From positions 1 to 54,435 of IMG/VR virus record IMGVR_UViG_3300028070_000001: a DNA stretch of 54,435 nucleotides; one strand, written 5' to 3'. The position numbers were made by a program, and so were the translations under genes. Each line of letters starts with the position of its first letter. The stretch's first letter is position 1. Under the pieces are notes generated by a model. The model did not search any database and was not told the origin of the DNA. It saw only the letters and a list, made by a program, of their open reading frames with translations. Positions 15,224-25,455 of the stretch are shown here, piece by piece. Source of the stretch: a virus. Lineage: Duplodnaviria; Caudoviricetes.

Positions 15224-16346
15224 GCGTCATCAACTTGTTTCCTACCCACCGTGGGGCTTTAGGTGTTGCGTACATTGACTCGTTTGAAAATCCTCCGTTG
15301 TACGGAGTCTTGAACTTGTTGTTTCCGTGTATCTTTCCATCCCACTTGTTAGGAACCAGAGTCGCGGAAGGATCGCCAGTCTTAGCCGCGTGAAAATGCC
15401 CTCTCACGTCATAATCAGCCATCGGCAAAGAATCATAATTAGGTGCTGGTCCTACTTCTCCCCTTACAGAATTAGGATTACTAGCTGCCCACTTGCGAAA
15501 CTCTACTTCCTCCTGTGGCGTTAATTTTGTAGCATACGGACCCGGTTTAGACCATGATTTATTGAAAGAGAACGATACCTTGGGAGGCTGATCTTCGGGA
15601 TTAGCGTAATGATTCAACGCATCCTTGGGTTGCTCAGGAAGAGTGTTTATTTTCTTCCTTGGATCGCGCTTCTTTGCCTCTTCGACCAGATTCTTAATTG
15701 GCGAGTACGCCTCCTGTGGTGGTATCGGTGGCCTTACATTACGATTGATTGTTTTATCGTTTGGTTCTGTTGGTTGCATTATGCTTAAAGGTGTTTTTAC
15801 TAGGTCGTCTACCCAAGGCTGCAACCTTTTCCTTTGCGTAGGATCGGCCACATACGTTTGAATTACAGTTGCGCTCATCTCTCTCGGAATCGTGAATAGA
15901 GTCTTTCCTTGCTTTCTCAACTGGTCAATCTTTGATATGTCATAAGGTGCTTTCGGGTTGTCGGGAGGAATAAGGCGCTGTGCGCCTCCTGCAAGCTGGT
16001 TCTGAGTCAGATGCAGAAGCTCATGGGCTTTTGTTTGCTCTTTTCCTTGAGCAAACTTTCGAGTATCGTTGATTTCGATTATTCTTGGTTCGTGCTCTGC
16101 AACACTAGCTATTCCACCGTCAGGTAGTGGATTACCTCTTCTGTATTCCGGTCCTATCGCGTGCTCAATTCTGGATAGCTCTGGAGGAAAATATGATCCT
16201 TTTTCCCCGACCGAATAGGATGAAGACATCGTGTTATTGCTACGGTGCTTTTTAATAGCCGCAGAAATATCCTTGTCCCCCATCGTAGAAGGGAAGGAGA
16301 TTACGTCATTATCGACCTTGACAAGTTTTTGCTTAGGATCAGGCAT
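15165..16346 (-). CDS. Putative virion internal protein with HExxH motif
   Basis: End of late operon; AHELLH zincin-like motif. Confidence 0.55.
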   Translation of the reverse strand: MPDPKQKLVKVDNDVISFPSTMGDKDISAAIKKHRSNNTMSSSYSVGEKGSYFPPELSRIEHAIGPEYRRGNPLPDGGIASVAEHEPRIIEINDTRKFAQGKEQTKAHELLHLTQNQLAGGAQRLIPPDNPKAPYDISKIDQLRKQGKTLFTIPREMSATVIQTYVADPTQRKRLQPWVDDLVKTPLSIMQPTEPNDKTINRNVRPPIPPQEAYSPIKNLVEEAKKRDPRKKINTLPEQPKDALNHYANPEDQPPKVSFSFNKSWSKPGPYATKLTPQEEVEFRKWAASNPNSVRGEVGPAPNYDSLPMADYDVRGHFHAAKTGDPSATLVPNKWDGKIHGNNKFKTPYNGGFSNESMYATPKAPRWVGNKLMTHDGKLVTDETPRKTSGQNE

Positions 16347-18853
16347 TATATCGCCTTAATTTCGCCGCTAATTGGATCGTAGATGTGTGTCCATGCCGGT
16401 TTTACTGACGAATTTTCAGCAGACGCTACTTGTTGCGGCCTACGACGCTCAGCCTCTTCTCTTAACTCGCGTAGAGAAGAAACTCCCGGATTCGGAGTTG
16501 GTTCCTGCTCGTTATCTTGGTCCTGTGCCGGTTGTACCTGTTGATCTGGATGATCCTTTAACCACTTGTCCGCCTCTTCCTGATTAGGGAAGAAGTGCGT
16601 TTGTCCGTCAGGAGTGTTTATCTGTACCTTGGTAGGACTGTTCATAATTTCGTCGTTGCGCAAACCCTCTAACTTATTCTGTCCTAAATATAAGTTGTAT
16701 CCTCCTATTGGGGCGTGCGCGGATTTTTGAGCTATTACCTGTAACGCTTTAACAAGTTTTCCAGATGTTTCTGGATGCGTTAAGGCATTTGCAATAGTTC
16801 TCCATAATATAGCCTCACTAGCCATGGGAACTGTTGCCGCACCAATAGCCCCCGTAACGCCTCCATGTCCATAGTAAACCTCTGCACCTGTTGATCCTAA
16901 AGACTCCAACAGAAGCCTTCCTACGGACGTTACGGCCTGTTTAACGGCGGCAGGATTAGATAGAGCGGCCCCAGTCATTCCAATAGCCCCACTAATTCTC
17001 CTTATACCCATAGCAAAATCTCGTATATTGTTCCAATTACTTCCAAACAATATACGACCACGGTCGTTACCTATTCCTAAAACAAGCTGCGAGAATTTTC
17101 TTTCATCAAATACTTCCGTTCCTTTTGCTATGGAATCATTTACCGTATCAAGCATAATCTGCCTTTGTACGGGAGCCACTAACTTCTTTGGCAATATCTT
17201 CATTATGTCTCTTGTTTCCTGAATCCCAGGTCGAAGAGCTATATTAGAAGTTGGTCCCCTAAGAACAGATGCAATGTTCTCTGGGTTTTCTTTCTCTACT
17301 ATCCGTTTGATAAGTTTCTTTTCAAAAGCCTCATGCTCTTCCCGTACCATAGCGTTAGCAGAACGTATTTGTGATGTAAGACCCGGTACACCACTTCTAT
17401 CGGCAGCTTCTATCATAGATTCATCTGCTAAATCCGCCATCTTTTTTACAAAACCAGCCTCTTTATCGGAAAGACCAGAGTTCATGTCTCTCACCTTCGA
17501 TAACCACGAAGAACGAGCCTCTGCCATCCCCTCGTATGTGGAGTTGGAAGACTTGTTTTCAACAATTCCGTTTAGAAGTGTTTCGTATGCGCTTTCAGGA
17601 GCTTTTCCTGCCGCCGACTTCCCTGCTTCAATTTTCTTCAATTGCTCCTTAGCGAATTCTACTATTTTATCTCTGGAAGGCATAACCTTATCAACTGCTT
17701 TTTGGCTTGTTCCCGCCTGAACTGTCTTCATAATAGGTTTTCCTGAAGAATCCAAAATTCCAGTAGGAACCTGTTTATAAACTGGGGTTTTCACTACTTG
17801 TTCATCTACGGCCTCGTCAATCTTTTTATAAAGGTAATTTTCTAGCCTGTGGAATGCTGCTTTGTGTTGGTCTATTCCATCACGTATTGCCTTCCCAGCC
17901 TCTTCTTTTGATCCGCTCACGCTTAATGGGCGAGATGAAAGTGAATCCGCAAGTGCGTTAGCTTCACGCTCAGAAGCGGCATTTTGAAGTACGCGAAACT
18001 TTGCCATCTTACCGGCAGAAAATATGGACCCTTTTGGGTAATTCTCCCAAAATGTTGGCGCTGTTCCGTGCGCCTCGGAAGGAAGAAGGGGAACTCCTAA
18101 TGATTTTGATTTTGATGCCGTATCCGCAAAATAACCACTTAGTCTTCCTAGTGGTTTGGTTATTACTCTTCCTCCAAAATCCTGTATACCGCCCATTGCA
18201 GATTGTATACCTATATTTTCAGCCGTTTTTTTTGGACCCTCATCAGGATCATCAAATATGATCTTGTTAATCCTTTCGCGTCCTATTTCCCCTATACCTG
18301 CTCCTACGGACGCCCCAGCCGCAGCAGCTACAGGCACGCCAAGAATGGTAGGTCCTGCCGATCCAGCACCGAATATTCCTCCGGTAATACTTCCTACCGT
18401 AGGAAGAAGATCAATCCCCCCGCGTACAGCGCTTAGTCCTTTTGTCTTTACCCAATCCTTTGACCATGCTTCAGGTGTTGGCTGTACCACATCGTAAGCG
18501 TCCGGTATCTCTATGGATGGAGAAGAAGTAAACCAATTCATCGAAGGCGTTCTGCTCGACTTCCATCCTGAAACCTCTGCTGTTTTGTCCTTCACATATC
18601 TTTTCTGGTCTGTAGGGTCGATCTTGTATTTACCATCTTTCCACGCATCTAGGACCTTACTGTAGGGAACCATGATGATTCCTTTTGGTCCAAGCATTTT
18701 GTATGTGCCTTCTTTATTTCCCTTTGGGGCGGAATAGTCTTGGGACACCTGAGAAGACGTATCAGGCATGGATGCATACGGGTCTTGTTGAGCCGACGTA
18801 TCGGGCAACGAGGCATATGGATCATCCGTGGTTTTTTTCTTTGGCTGTGGCAT
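16346..18853 (-). CDS. Large internal virion / DNA ejection protein
   Basis: 835 aa; DPYASxPD N-terminal repeat; Gly/Ala hydrophobic segments; position after tail genes. Confidence 0.6.
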   Translation of the reverse strand: MPQPKKKTTDDPYASLPDTSAQQDPYASMPDTSSQVSQDYSAPKGNKEGTYKMLGPKGIIMVPYSKVLDAWKDGKYKIDPTDQKRYVKDKTAEVSGWKSSRTPSMNWFTSSPSIEIPDAYDVVQPTPEAWSKDWVKTKGLSAVRGGIDLLPTVGSITGGIFGAGSAGPTILGVPVAAAAGASVGAGIGEIGRERINKIIFDDPDEGPKKTAENIGIQSAMGGIQDFGGRVITKPLGRLSGYFADTASKSKSLGVPLLPSEAHGTAPTFWENYPKGSIFSAGKMAKFRVLQNAASEREANALADSLSSRPLSVSGSKEEAGKAIRDGIDQHKAAFHRLENYLYKKIDEAVDEQVVKTPVYKQVPTGILDSSGKPIMKTVQAGTSQKAVDKVMPSRDKIVEFAKEQLKKIEAGKSAAGKAPESAYETLLNGIVENKSSNSTYEGMAEARSSWLSKVRDMNSGLSDKEAGFVKKMADLADESMIEAADRSGVPGLTSQIRSANAMVREEHEAFEKKLIKRIVEKENPENIASVLRGPTSNIALRPGIQETRDIMKILPKKLVAPVQRQIMLDTVNDSIAKGTEVFDERKFSQLVLGIGNDRGRILFGSNWNNIRDFAMGIRRISGAIGMTGAALSNPAAVKQAVTSVGRLLLESLGSTGAEVYYGHGGVTGAIGAATVPMASEAILWRTIANALTHPETSGKLVKALQVIAQKSAHAPIGGYNLYLGQNKLEGLRNDEIMNSPTKVQINTPDGQTHFFPNQEEADKWLKDHPDQQVQPAQDQDNEQEPTPNPGVSSLRELREEAERRRPQQVASAENSSVKPAWTHIYDPISGEIKAI

Positions 18854-20499
18854 TACGGCCTCGTCACTGTATACCCAAGATCGGTAAGATGCTTCTCGAC
18901 TTCCTGTGCAGTCTTTCCTTTGTTAATAGGAAGAGACATGGCAGCAGAAAGGCTTCTACCCTTCGATGGTTTTGCATGGTTATTACCACCTGTTCCTAGA
19001 GCAGCCGCACCTGAACCTGGAGTAATAGGTCCCGACCCTCTACCTCCAATGACTTCTAATCCCTTATCAAGCTGTTCTAATCCAGCAGCTATAGCTAATG
19101 GATTGGTAGAAAACCTTCCTGCCATATCCATAATTGATTCCGAAGCGTATTGAGATCGTCCACCAAACACAGCCATAGCATGATCCGAAAGTACCTGTGC
19201 TCCCATTTTGAATCTCTGTGCATCGGGGTCTTGAGAGCCTATCCACTGAGTAAAATCTGTATACCGTCCACTTGCAGGACCGAACAGATCGGGACGAGAT
19301 TTAAGTATACGAATCATGTCTTTCAATTGGTCGTGTGCACTTATTGCAAAATCTCCACGTTGGCGCTCAGACGCAGTAGGCATTGACAACTTGTAATCAA
19401 TGCTTCCCGGAGCGCTCATGTGCTCTCTTGCCGCAACTCCTGCTGGAACATATATTTCTTGTGTTGGATTATTAGGATCAATCGGGGTTACGATTCGATT
19501 TTGAGCGAATGATGCTCCACGCGCATTTGCCAAAGCGAGAGCATCCTTCTGTTTCTTGTCCATCATAGCCTTAGCACCATTGAACATTTCTAATACTTCA
19601 GGTGGAGTATCCGACTTACCTACATCGGAAAGGCTATATCTTTTTGCAGTGTCCTGATCTACAACCATTCCAGTAGATGCGTCATATTTCAATCCTTTTG
19701 CAGTCTTAGCAGTTTTTGGAACCATAGTCTGCCCGTTGAAATCTACTTCTTGCGGTTTTTCGTCAGCAGACATAGGAACGCGCCAATAGTGCTCGTTACC
19801 ATCCGCGTCTTTTGTCGTTGCTAATTGCGTAAAATACTTCTCATTAGGCGGTTTTAATTGCATCACGCTCTGAACAAGTTCCATTCCCCACTTGTCCACC
19901 TGTTCCTTGGGTGCGTCAGGAAACAGAGTTCTCAGGTTCTTCATCTTACCTTGAATCGCTGTCAAATCGGAAGCAGCTTCGGTATTCGCCTTTTGTATTG
20001 CAACCTGTTCAGGAGACAGTGGTGCAGCCGCCTCAAGTTGATTTGCTTCTTTCTGCGCCTTTAATTGCGCAGGAGTCTGTGGTCCTTGTACTTTGTATGC
20101 TGGTCCTGTCGGAACCTTTTCTCCGTTCACTTCCATCGTGGGCTGTCCGTAAACCGGAGGGGCAACGGCAACAGGAAATTCTTTTTTCGAGAAATGCAAG
20201 TCTCTTCCTAACATCTTACCGAATTTCAGTACCTCGCTAGGATGATCCAAACTTTTCCAGTGTTCATCACGATCCTGTATCGCTTGAGCGTATTGATCTT
20301 TCAACTTGAGATAATCTGGAGTATTCCTATCTGATTCGGGGACATAAGATAGCTTCGTTTGCAGATTCTCAATCATGCCCTGAATTTCGTCATGTTTTTC
20401 CTGAAATTGAGCATCAGACAGTGCTTTCTTGTTGGCACGGTGCTCTTCGTACCTTCCCATCAAATATCCGGGCCAACCACCTGTAGTAAAAGATGCCAT
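18853..20499 (-). CDS. Internal virion / DNA ejection protein
   Basis: 548 aa helical protein; synteny. Confidence 0.55.
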   Translation of the reverse strand: MASFTTGGWPGYLMGRYEEHRANKKALSDAQFQEKHDEIQGMIENLQTKLSYVPESDRNTPDYLKLKDQYAQAIQDRDEHWKSLDHPSEVLKFGKMLGRDLHFSKKEFPVAVAPPVYGQPTMEVNGEKVPTGPAYKVQGPQTPAQLKAQKEANQLEAAAPLSPEQVAIQKANTEAASDLTAIQGKMKNLRTLFPDAPKEQVDKWGMELVQSVMQLKPPNEKYFTQLATTKDADGNEHYWRVPMSADEKPQEVDFNGQTMVPKTAKTAKGLKYDASTGMVVDQDTAKRYSLSDVGKSDTPPEVLEMFNGAKAMMDKKQKDALALANARGASFAQNRIVTPIDPNNPTQEIYVPAGVAAREHMSAPGSIDYKLSMPTASERQRGDFAISAHDQLKDMIRILKSRPDLFGPASGRYTDFTQWIGSQDPDAQRFKMGAQVLSDHAMAVFGGRSQYASESIMDMAGRFSTNPLAIAAGLEQLDKGLEVIGGRGSGPITPGSGAAALGTGGNNHAKPSKGRSLSAAMSLPINKGKTAQEVEKHLTDLGYTVTRP

Positions 20500-20528
20500 T
20501 GTGAATCATCCTCACGCCAAAATCACTG

Positions 20529-21005
20529 TTACTTTCTGACAGCCAATTTTTTTGCAACTGATCTTTTCTTTTCAGAAACCTTGCGTGTGCGAACTCTAGC
20601 GCCGTAAGGAGAAGAAACCTTCTTCAGCTTGTGGTACTTTTTGGCTTCCTTGGCAGTCAACACTTCTTCGCCCTTTAAGACATTGGCTTTTCCGCCCTTC
20701 TTCACCTTTCCTCCCTTGTGAAACGATACGGGAGAAGAAGCCCTATTTGTCGATTTAGGCTGAAAGTCAGGAATCTGTTCGTCTTTATTCCCACCATTCT
20801 CTCCAGCCTTCTGCGCTGATTTGTAGTTGCTTTTCTCAAAACTTCCAAGTTTCTGTAAGCCTTTTTGAGCAATATTCTTTGTACCTTTTTCAGCGCCTTT
20901 TTCCGCTACTTTCTGTCCTGCCTTTTGCGCACCTTTTTGGGCTACCTTTTGTGCGCCTTTTGCCGCCAACTTTTTTACAGCCATTGCTATCAATGGAAAT
21001 ACCAT
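20529..21005 (-). CDS. Lys-rich basic virion protein with FHKGGKV motif
   Basis: AQKG repeats; HKGGKV...VLKGEEVLT; ends KKLAVRK. Confidence 0.65.
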   Translation of the reverse strand: MVFPLIAMAVKKLAAKGAQKVAQKGAQKAGQKVAEKGAEKGTKNIAQKGLQKLGSFEKSNYKSAQKAGENGGNKDEQIPDFQPKSTNRASSPVSFHKGGKVKKGGKANVLKGEEVLTAKEAKKYHKLKKVSSPYGARVRTRKVSEKKRSVAKKLAVRK

Positions 21006-21022
21006 CGCATACCTCTTCTTTC

Positions 21023-21511
21023 TTAAAATGTTCCCGTAGCTTGATGTGTGAATTGCCCCAAAATACTATGACCCCAGTTCTGCATTTGCTGTTGAGAGAA
21101 CTGAACCTGTTGTCCAGCGGCTTCCATTCCTTGGTTCATCAAATTACTGCCCTCACTCGTCAATCCTGACGCAGCACTTCCTGTTAGGCTTCCAAGTAGG
21201 TTGGTAATTTCAGAGTGTGTTTTGTCATCCGTCGCCGCCGAAGAAGCGGCAGTCCCGCCAGAACGAGTTCCAAATTCTGCATTCTTTTTATTATCTTGTG
21301 ACGCAGTGGTTCTAGCCGCGCTAATCTCCGGGGAAAGCGCTTGCATCTGTTTGCTAGAATCTCCTGACAAGATTGACTTCATAAAGCCCGTGCCAGCGGA
21401 AACATCAGACTCTCCCTGTCCTGTAGCCCATCCGCTCGTTTGACCGGCTTGTGCTATATTCTTGTCAAGAGTCGGATTCGACCCACCAAATATCGATCCC
21501 CAAAACGACAT
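21023..21511 (-). CDS. Putative DNA pilot/ejection protein
   Basis: MSFWGSIFGG start; Gly/Ser/Gln-rich. Confidence 0.55.
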   Translation of the reverse strand: MSFWGSIFGGSNPTLDKNIAQAGQTSGWATGQGESDVSAGTGFMKSILSGDSSKQMQALSPEISAARTTASQDNKKNAEFGTRSGGTAASSAATDDKTHSEITNLLGSLTGSAASGLTSEGSNLMNQGMEAAGQQVQFSQQQMQNWGHSILGQFTHQATGTF

Positions 21512-21640
21512 ACATACCTCATTCCTAACGACTTACATAGTCGTCATGGAAATAAACGCGTCTCGCTCCCCGGACGGACGATCTCACTCAACACATTGTA
21601 CTACTATTCAAGAAACTTGCGCAATAAATTATTGTGCGCA

Positions 21641-22180
21641 TTACACGTCTCCTGTGCCCCACAAATCAGGCTGAGTTCCCAGCGGAGTAGACAGGAATCC
21701 CGTAGCGGTCAGAAAATAGTCGCTGAAATCGCGCAAGGCAACCTGCGTTCCCGTGAAAGCGTTGTACGCCGCCGTCAGTTGCGCTCCAGTGAGCGTCCCT
21801 GTTCCCATCTGGGTAGTCGGGCCTCCGTTGGGAAGCATCATGGTCATGGTCCAGTTTCCGGTGGTCATATTCAGAACATTGATGAATGTCGGTGCTCCCG
21901 GCGCGATCACAAATCCGGTGTCCACCCCTCCAGAGAATGTGGCCGTGCCGAACGAATAGGTGATCGACATAAGGTTTGGGCTTCCATTTGTTCCCCACGT
22001 CCAAGAACTGCTTGTCATGGTGACATGAGGGGCCGATACTGCCGTGATTCCTATCGGACCTGAGACAACGTATGGCGTGGTAAGAAGGACATGCGCCGAC
22101 GCGGTTAAGGAAAAGGCTGCGATAATGATAGCAAAAAACAAACTGCGAATTTTCATAAGTTCTCCTACTGAACTACGCAA
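21641..22180 (-). CDS. Secreted protein with Sec signal peptide
   Basis: MKIRSLFFAIIIAAFSLTASA; likely start at 22156. Confidence 0.6.
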   Translation of the reverse strand: MRSSVGELMKIRSLFFAIIIAAFSLTASAHVLLTTPYVVSGPIGITAVSAPHVTMTSSSWTWGTNGSPNLMSITYSFGTATFSGGVDTGFVIAPGAPTFINVLNMTTGNWTMTMMLPNGGPTTQMGTGTLTGAQLTAAYNAFTGTQVALRDFSDYFLTATGFLSTPLGTQPDLWGTGDV

Positions 22181-23502
22181 ACGTGGGAAGGATTCCCACC
22201 ATCTTGGTAGAAATCACCAGTTGCTAGCCCACCTGTAATTGCTGCTGCGTTATTGGCATAGACTGGAAGGCCAACCACGGCCAGATTGCTGTGAGGAGTC
22301 GTCGTCCCAATACCTAGAAAGCCAGTTTGGCCCTGAAATATAGCTACATTTCCCGCCTTTCCGTTTGAGATGATTAAATCCCTAAACTGCGTTATTCCGT
22401 CAGCGTAGCCATGATAATTGAGATACAGAGAACTGTTTGCATTGACGCCATAATTGGAATTAAGTGTGTTTTCTGCAGATAAATAAACCCCATATCCTTT
22501 CTGATCGTTGACTTTGAGAGGAATAGGATTCGTGACGTTATTGTTCTCAATATCGAGATTCCCGGAGAGATTTACTGTGGGGGCCGCAACGGTTCCTGTG
22601 AAGGTAGGTGAAGCCTTGGTAGCAAGCGCTGTTAGAAGAGTCCCTGAGTCTGCGACTTGCCCGCCTGTCCCGGTAAAAGTGGCTACATCTCCAGTCGTGC
22701 TTGATGTGGGTCCAGTTGTCAGCCCTGCGCCGCTACCCCCAACTGCCGAAATTACACCACCGCTTGTAACTGTAATCGTCGTTCCGTCAGGCTCAACCGC
22801 GCCCAACGCGGAAGTTGTTGCGATGGGAAGTTGCGCGGGGGTAGCTGTTCCGCTTATGTCGGTAAATGCGGGTTGCGCTTTACTAAAAACACCCGTAATT
22901 GCGTTATATGCACTGATCCACTCATGGGCTATAGATGGTGTATCCTGCGGAGGAACAGGAATAACTACCGCATAGTAATTGTTTCCATCGTAAGCTATTA
23001 TTGCGGATTGTCCTTGTGCGACTGGCATTGATGTTGATGCTAGGTTATTAGGATAGCTTATTGTCCCCGCTAAAGGAGTTACGGTGACAAGCCCAACTCC
23101 AAAGTTTATAATCACGCAGTACCACGGTAGTTGGATAGATGGATTTCCAGAAAGACTAACTGCGACAGGAGAAGCGTCTTCAAATAGTATAAAGTATCCG
23201 TAGTCTTGTTGTGCTGTCGTGTAAGTTACATTTCCAATCTGATTATTAACCCCTCCTATTGTGGATGTGTATGCACTGGAGTTATTAGTGACATTTTCTG
23301 TGCTTGATGTACTGTTTATAGTTTCGTTCACGGTTTTTATGGAATTAGTATTATTATCAATTTGAGACTTTAGAACAGGAACTGCGTTTTGTGCGTCTGC
23401 TATTGAATTCCATAAATTTCTTATCACATACTGATGCTCAGGAGCCATCTTTGCAATGTGAGCTTCAAAAGGGAACCGCGAATTGGTAGGAGTAGTTGTC
23501 AT
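22165..23502 (-). CDS. Tail fibre-like protein
   Basis: Thr/Gly-rich beta protein with FLGIGTTTP fibre motif; start MTTTP at 23502. Confidence 0.65.
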   Translation of the reverse strand: MTTTPTNSRFPFEAHIAKMAPEHQYVIRNLWNSIADAQNAVPVLKSQIDNNTNSIKTVNETINSTSSTENVTNNSSAYTSTIGGVNNQIGNVTYTTAQQDYGYFILFEDASPVAVSLSGNPSIQLPWYCVIINFGVGLVTVTPLAGTISYPNNLASTSMPVAQGQSAIIAYDGNNYYAVVIPVPPQDTPSIAHEWISAYNAITGVFSKAQPAFTDISGTATPAQLPIATTSALGAVEPDGTTITVTSGGVISAVGGSGAGLTTGPTSSTTGDVATFTGTGGQVADSGTLLTALATKASPTFTGTVAAPTVNLSGNLDIENNNVTNPIPLKVNDQKGYGVYLSAENTLNSNYGVNANSSLYLNYHGYADGITQFRDLIISNGKAGNVAIFQGQTGFLGIGTTTPHSNLAVVGLPVYANNAAAITGGLATGDFYQDGGNPSHVCVVQ

Positions 23503-23522
23503 GGCACCATCTACAGTATACC

Positions 23523-23703
23523 GTGAACTACCCACGACTAAAGTAGTGGGCTTCGTGCTTCAACGGCCTGAGCGTTTGAAAAAATCCAAACGTCTTATCA
23601 AGCCTCCACACGCAGTAGCCTCTGTTCCGGGGGCCAACTACAGTGTACCAGAAAACGAAACGAAAGTCCATTCATCCCATGATTAAAATCTTGGGTCTTC
23701 TGG
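23523..23703 (-). mobile_element. Non-autonomous IS200/IS605 derivative (181 bp) retaining a TnpB omega-RNA-like scaffold
   Basis: TTTAT then left-end hairpin CCCAAGATTTTAATCATGGG; right end GAAGCCCACTACTTTAGTCGTGGGTAGTTCAC; internal GCGTGTGGAG...GAAGCACGAAG. Confidence 0.75.
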
Positions 23704-23715
23704 ATAAACATTAGC

Positions 23716-23747
23716 ATAAAATATGGCGACCCGAAAGCCGCCATATT
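23716..23747 (-). terminator. Intrinsic terminator closing the RAMP-like operon and array
   Basis: AATATGGCGGC-TTTCGG-GTCGCCATATT followed by TTAT. Confidence 0.8.
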
Positions 23748-23759
23748 CCTTGCCTATCT

Positions 23760-24180
23760 ATTCTCCTCCTGACCACTCCTCTCCGTCCATACTGCACCTT
23801 TCCCAACGAAACCTGCGTTACTACACCGTACCGGAACCTACCGTCCTCATCGTTCCACAACTGTCCATCCTAAACTAACGCGACCTGCCGTTAATGTCCT
23901 AGACAAACCTTTGCGTTCCTCGTCACTCCTTACCTGCGATGCGGAACCTTTCCAATCCCCGCCACGCCGCGCCCTTGCGCTCGTGTCCACGACTGACCGT
24001 ACCTGCGATTCCAAACACAGCCATACTCAACACAACCGCCCATTCCAACCATACCTGCGGTTCGATTCCCAACCCGATCAATCCTTACCTACGCATCCTA
24101 ACAACACCTGCAACGCCTTTCCGAGACGGACCCTACCACCCTTATCGATCCATACCTGCCGCACCAGAACCAACTCTCCA
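23760..24180 (-). repeat. Non-coding array of seven GCAGGT-initiated units with 5-nt GGN-NN periodicity
   Basis: GCAGGT at minus-strand starts 24159, 24111, 24058, 24006, 23937, 23888 and 23816. Confidence 0.85.
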
Positions 24181-24182
24181 GC

Positions 24183-24617
24183 TTACTCAGCAAGAGCCTT
24201 ACGGATTTCCTTGATTACCAACGACAACTCTTTCAACCGAGAATATCTTTCCTCAAAACGACGCATATCCTCCTGCGCGTCTGCAAGAAGTTGAGCCTTG
24301 TATTGCCGATTAGAAAGTACCGCAACTGTTTCTCTGTACCCTCCACCATCGTTTTCACGATCTGGCGTGAGGCTGCAAAATACACGAAATGATTGATCTT
24401 TCCCATCCAATTCGATGTATTGAATTGTTGTGCGAATCAATTGTCTCGCTTGCTGTAGACGATACTGATTAGCCGCTTCAGAATCGTCCCACGTAAAACG
24501 AGTGTGCAGCGGAGAATTTACGGGACGGGCTGATTCAACCACATCTTCTGGTTTCAACAGCCCATCATTCTTCGCAGCGATTGTTCGGAGTTCTGAAATA
24601 ATCGCTTCTGTTGCCAT
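24183..24617 (-). CDS. Accessory protein of the RAMP-like operon (LHxxFxWDDxxAAxxYRLxQARxLI motif)
   Basis: 144-aa ORF coupled to the upstream gene by TAATG overlap. Confidence 0.75.
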   Translation of the reverse strand: MATEAIISELRTIAAKNDGLLKPEDVVESARPVNSPLHTRFTWDDSEAANQYRLQQARQLIRTTIQYIELDGKDQSFRVFCSLTPDRENDGGGYRETVAVLSNRQYKAQLLADAQEDMRRFEERYSRLKELSLVIKEIRKALAE

Positions 24618-25285
24618 TATTTCGCCTCCTCAATCTTAAACAATCCCCATCCCATTCCAGCAGAAGACTTTGAATCAGGACGCCCCTCACAAAGCCCAAC
24701 CTGTTCTCCTACGCGCATGAGGAGGTTTGTCACATCAGTAAGGCTGAAAATGTCGGCATCAAAGCGTATGCGAATAACTGCTTTCCATTCATCCCACATC
24801 GGACGAATACGAATATCACATACTCCGGTTGCATTGCGGACGGCCATTTTGACAGGACGTGGTTCGCCTTCTGTAATGCGAACGAGCGGAGTACCTTCGT
24901 CGCGGTCAAAGCCATCAGCCTCGATAAAGACGCTCAACTTTCCAAGTGTCATTTTGAAGTTCACAAGGCGGCAAGCTGAGATCATCGCATTACGGAAAGC
25001 CGATGCAGGGAGTCCACACCATCCCTCACGACTAACGTGCTTTGCTCCCTCATAAAGAGCGTCAAAATCTTTCGATTCTCGCTTTGCTCCCTTTTTCGCC
25101 TGACTTCCAGCACGTTGCCGAGATTCCATATCTTCAAGGGCTTTTTGCGGGAATTTATTAATGACCAGAGGGGCCACGCCGTAGATGTGAAAAACTCCGA
25201 TTTGAAACTTCGGAGGCTTGATCTGCACAACCTGCTGCAAATCTCCGCTGTTCTGCTTCTCTTTCGCTTTCATGTGTTTTTCCAA
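24617..25285 (-). CDS. RAMP/Cas7-like RNA-binding protein
   Basis: IYGVAPLVI beta strand, GLPASAFRNAMISA helix, RPxWxEW, C-terminal Gly-rich loop GEQVGLCEGRP...GMGWGLF; likely start MKAKE at 25273. Confidence 0.65.
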   Translation of the reverse strand: MEKHMKAKEKQNSGDLQQVVQIKPPKFQIGVFHIYGVAPLVINKFPQKALEDMESRQRAGSQAKKGAKRESKDFDALYEGAKHVSREGWCGLPASAFRNAMISACRLVNFKMTLGKLSVFIEADGFDRDEGTPLVRITEGEPRPVKMAVRNATGVCDIRIRPMWDEWKAVIRIRFDADIFSLTDVTNLLMRVGEQVGLCEGRPDSKSSAGMGWGLFKIEEAK

Positions 25286-25296
25286 TATGCCCTGAA

Positions 25297-25449
25297 TTAG
25301 CGAGTGTCGGATTTGGTTTTACGTGGTCGGTCCCAGTAAGGTGATTTGCACTCAGCGCAACGAAGTGGCTTCTCTCCACTCGCACTGCTCCATTCGTGCC
25401 CACACCTACTGCAAATCCAGATCACTACCTTCTGTAATCGCTGTGGCAT
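25297..25449 (-). CDS. Small zinc-ribbon protein, 50 aa (CSRCGHEW...RCAECKSPYWDRPR)
   Basis: Translated by hand; leaderless start after the promoter; not in the ORF track. Confidence 0.75.
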   Translation of the reverse strand: MPQRLQKVVIWICSRCGHEWSSASGEKPLRCAECKSPYWDRPRKTKSDTR

Positions 25450-25455
25450 ATTGTT

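Noticed and set aside
23760-24180. CRISPR array
   Set aside because: The only constant repeat is 6 nt (GCAGGT), unit lengths vary from 48 to 72 nt, and no cas1/cas2 is present
23911-24294. Plus-strand ORFs over the periodic array
   Set aside because: Antisense to the operon with Pro/Thr/His-rich low-complexity translations, a by-product of the CC periodicity
25300-25445. Second periodic GG array upstream of the RAMP-like gene
   Set aside because: Better explained as the coding sequence of a 50-aa zinc-ribbon protein
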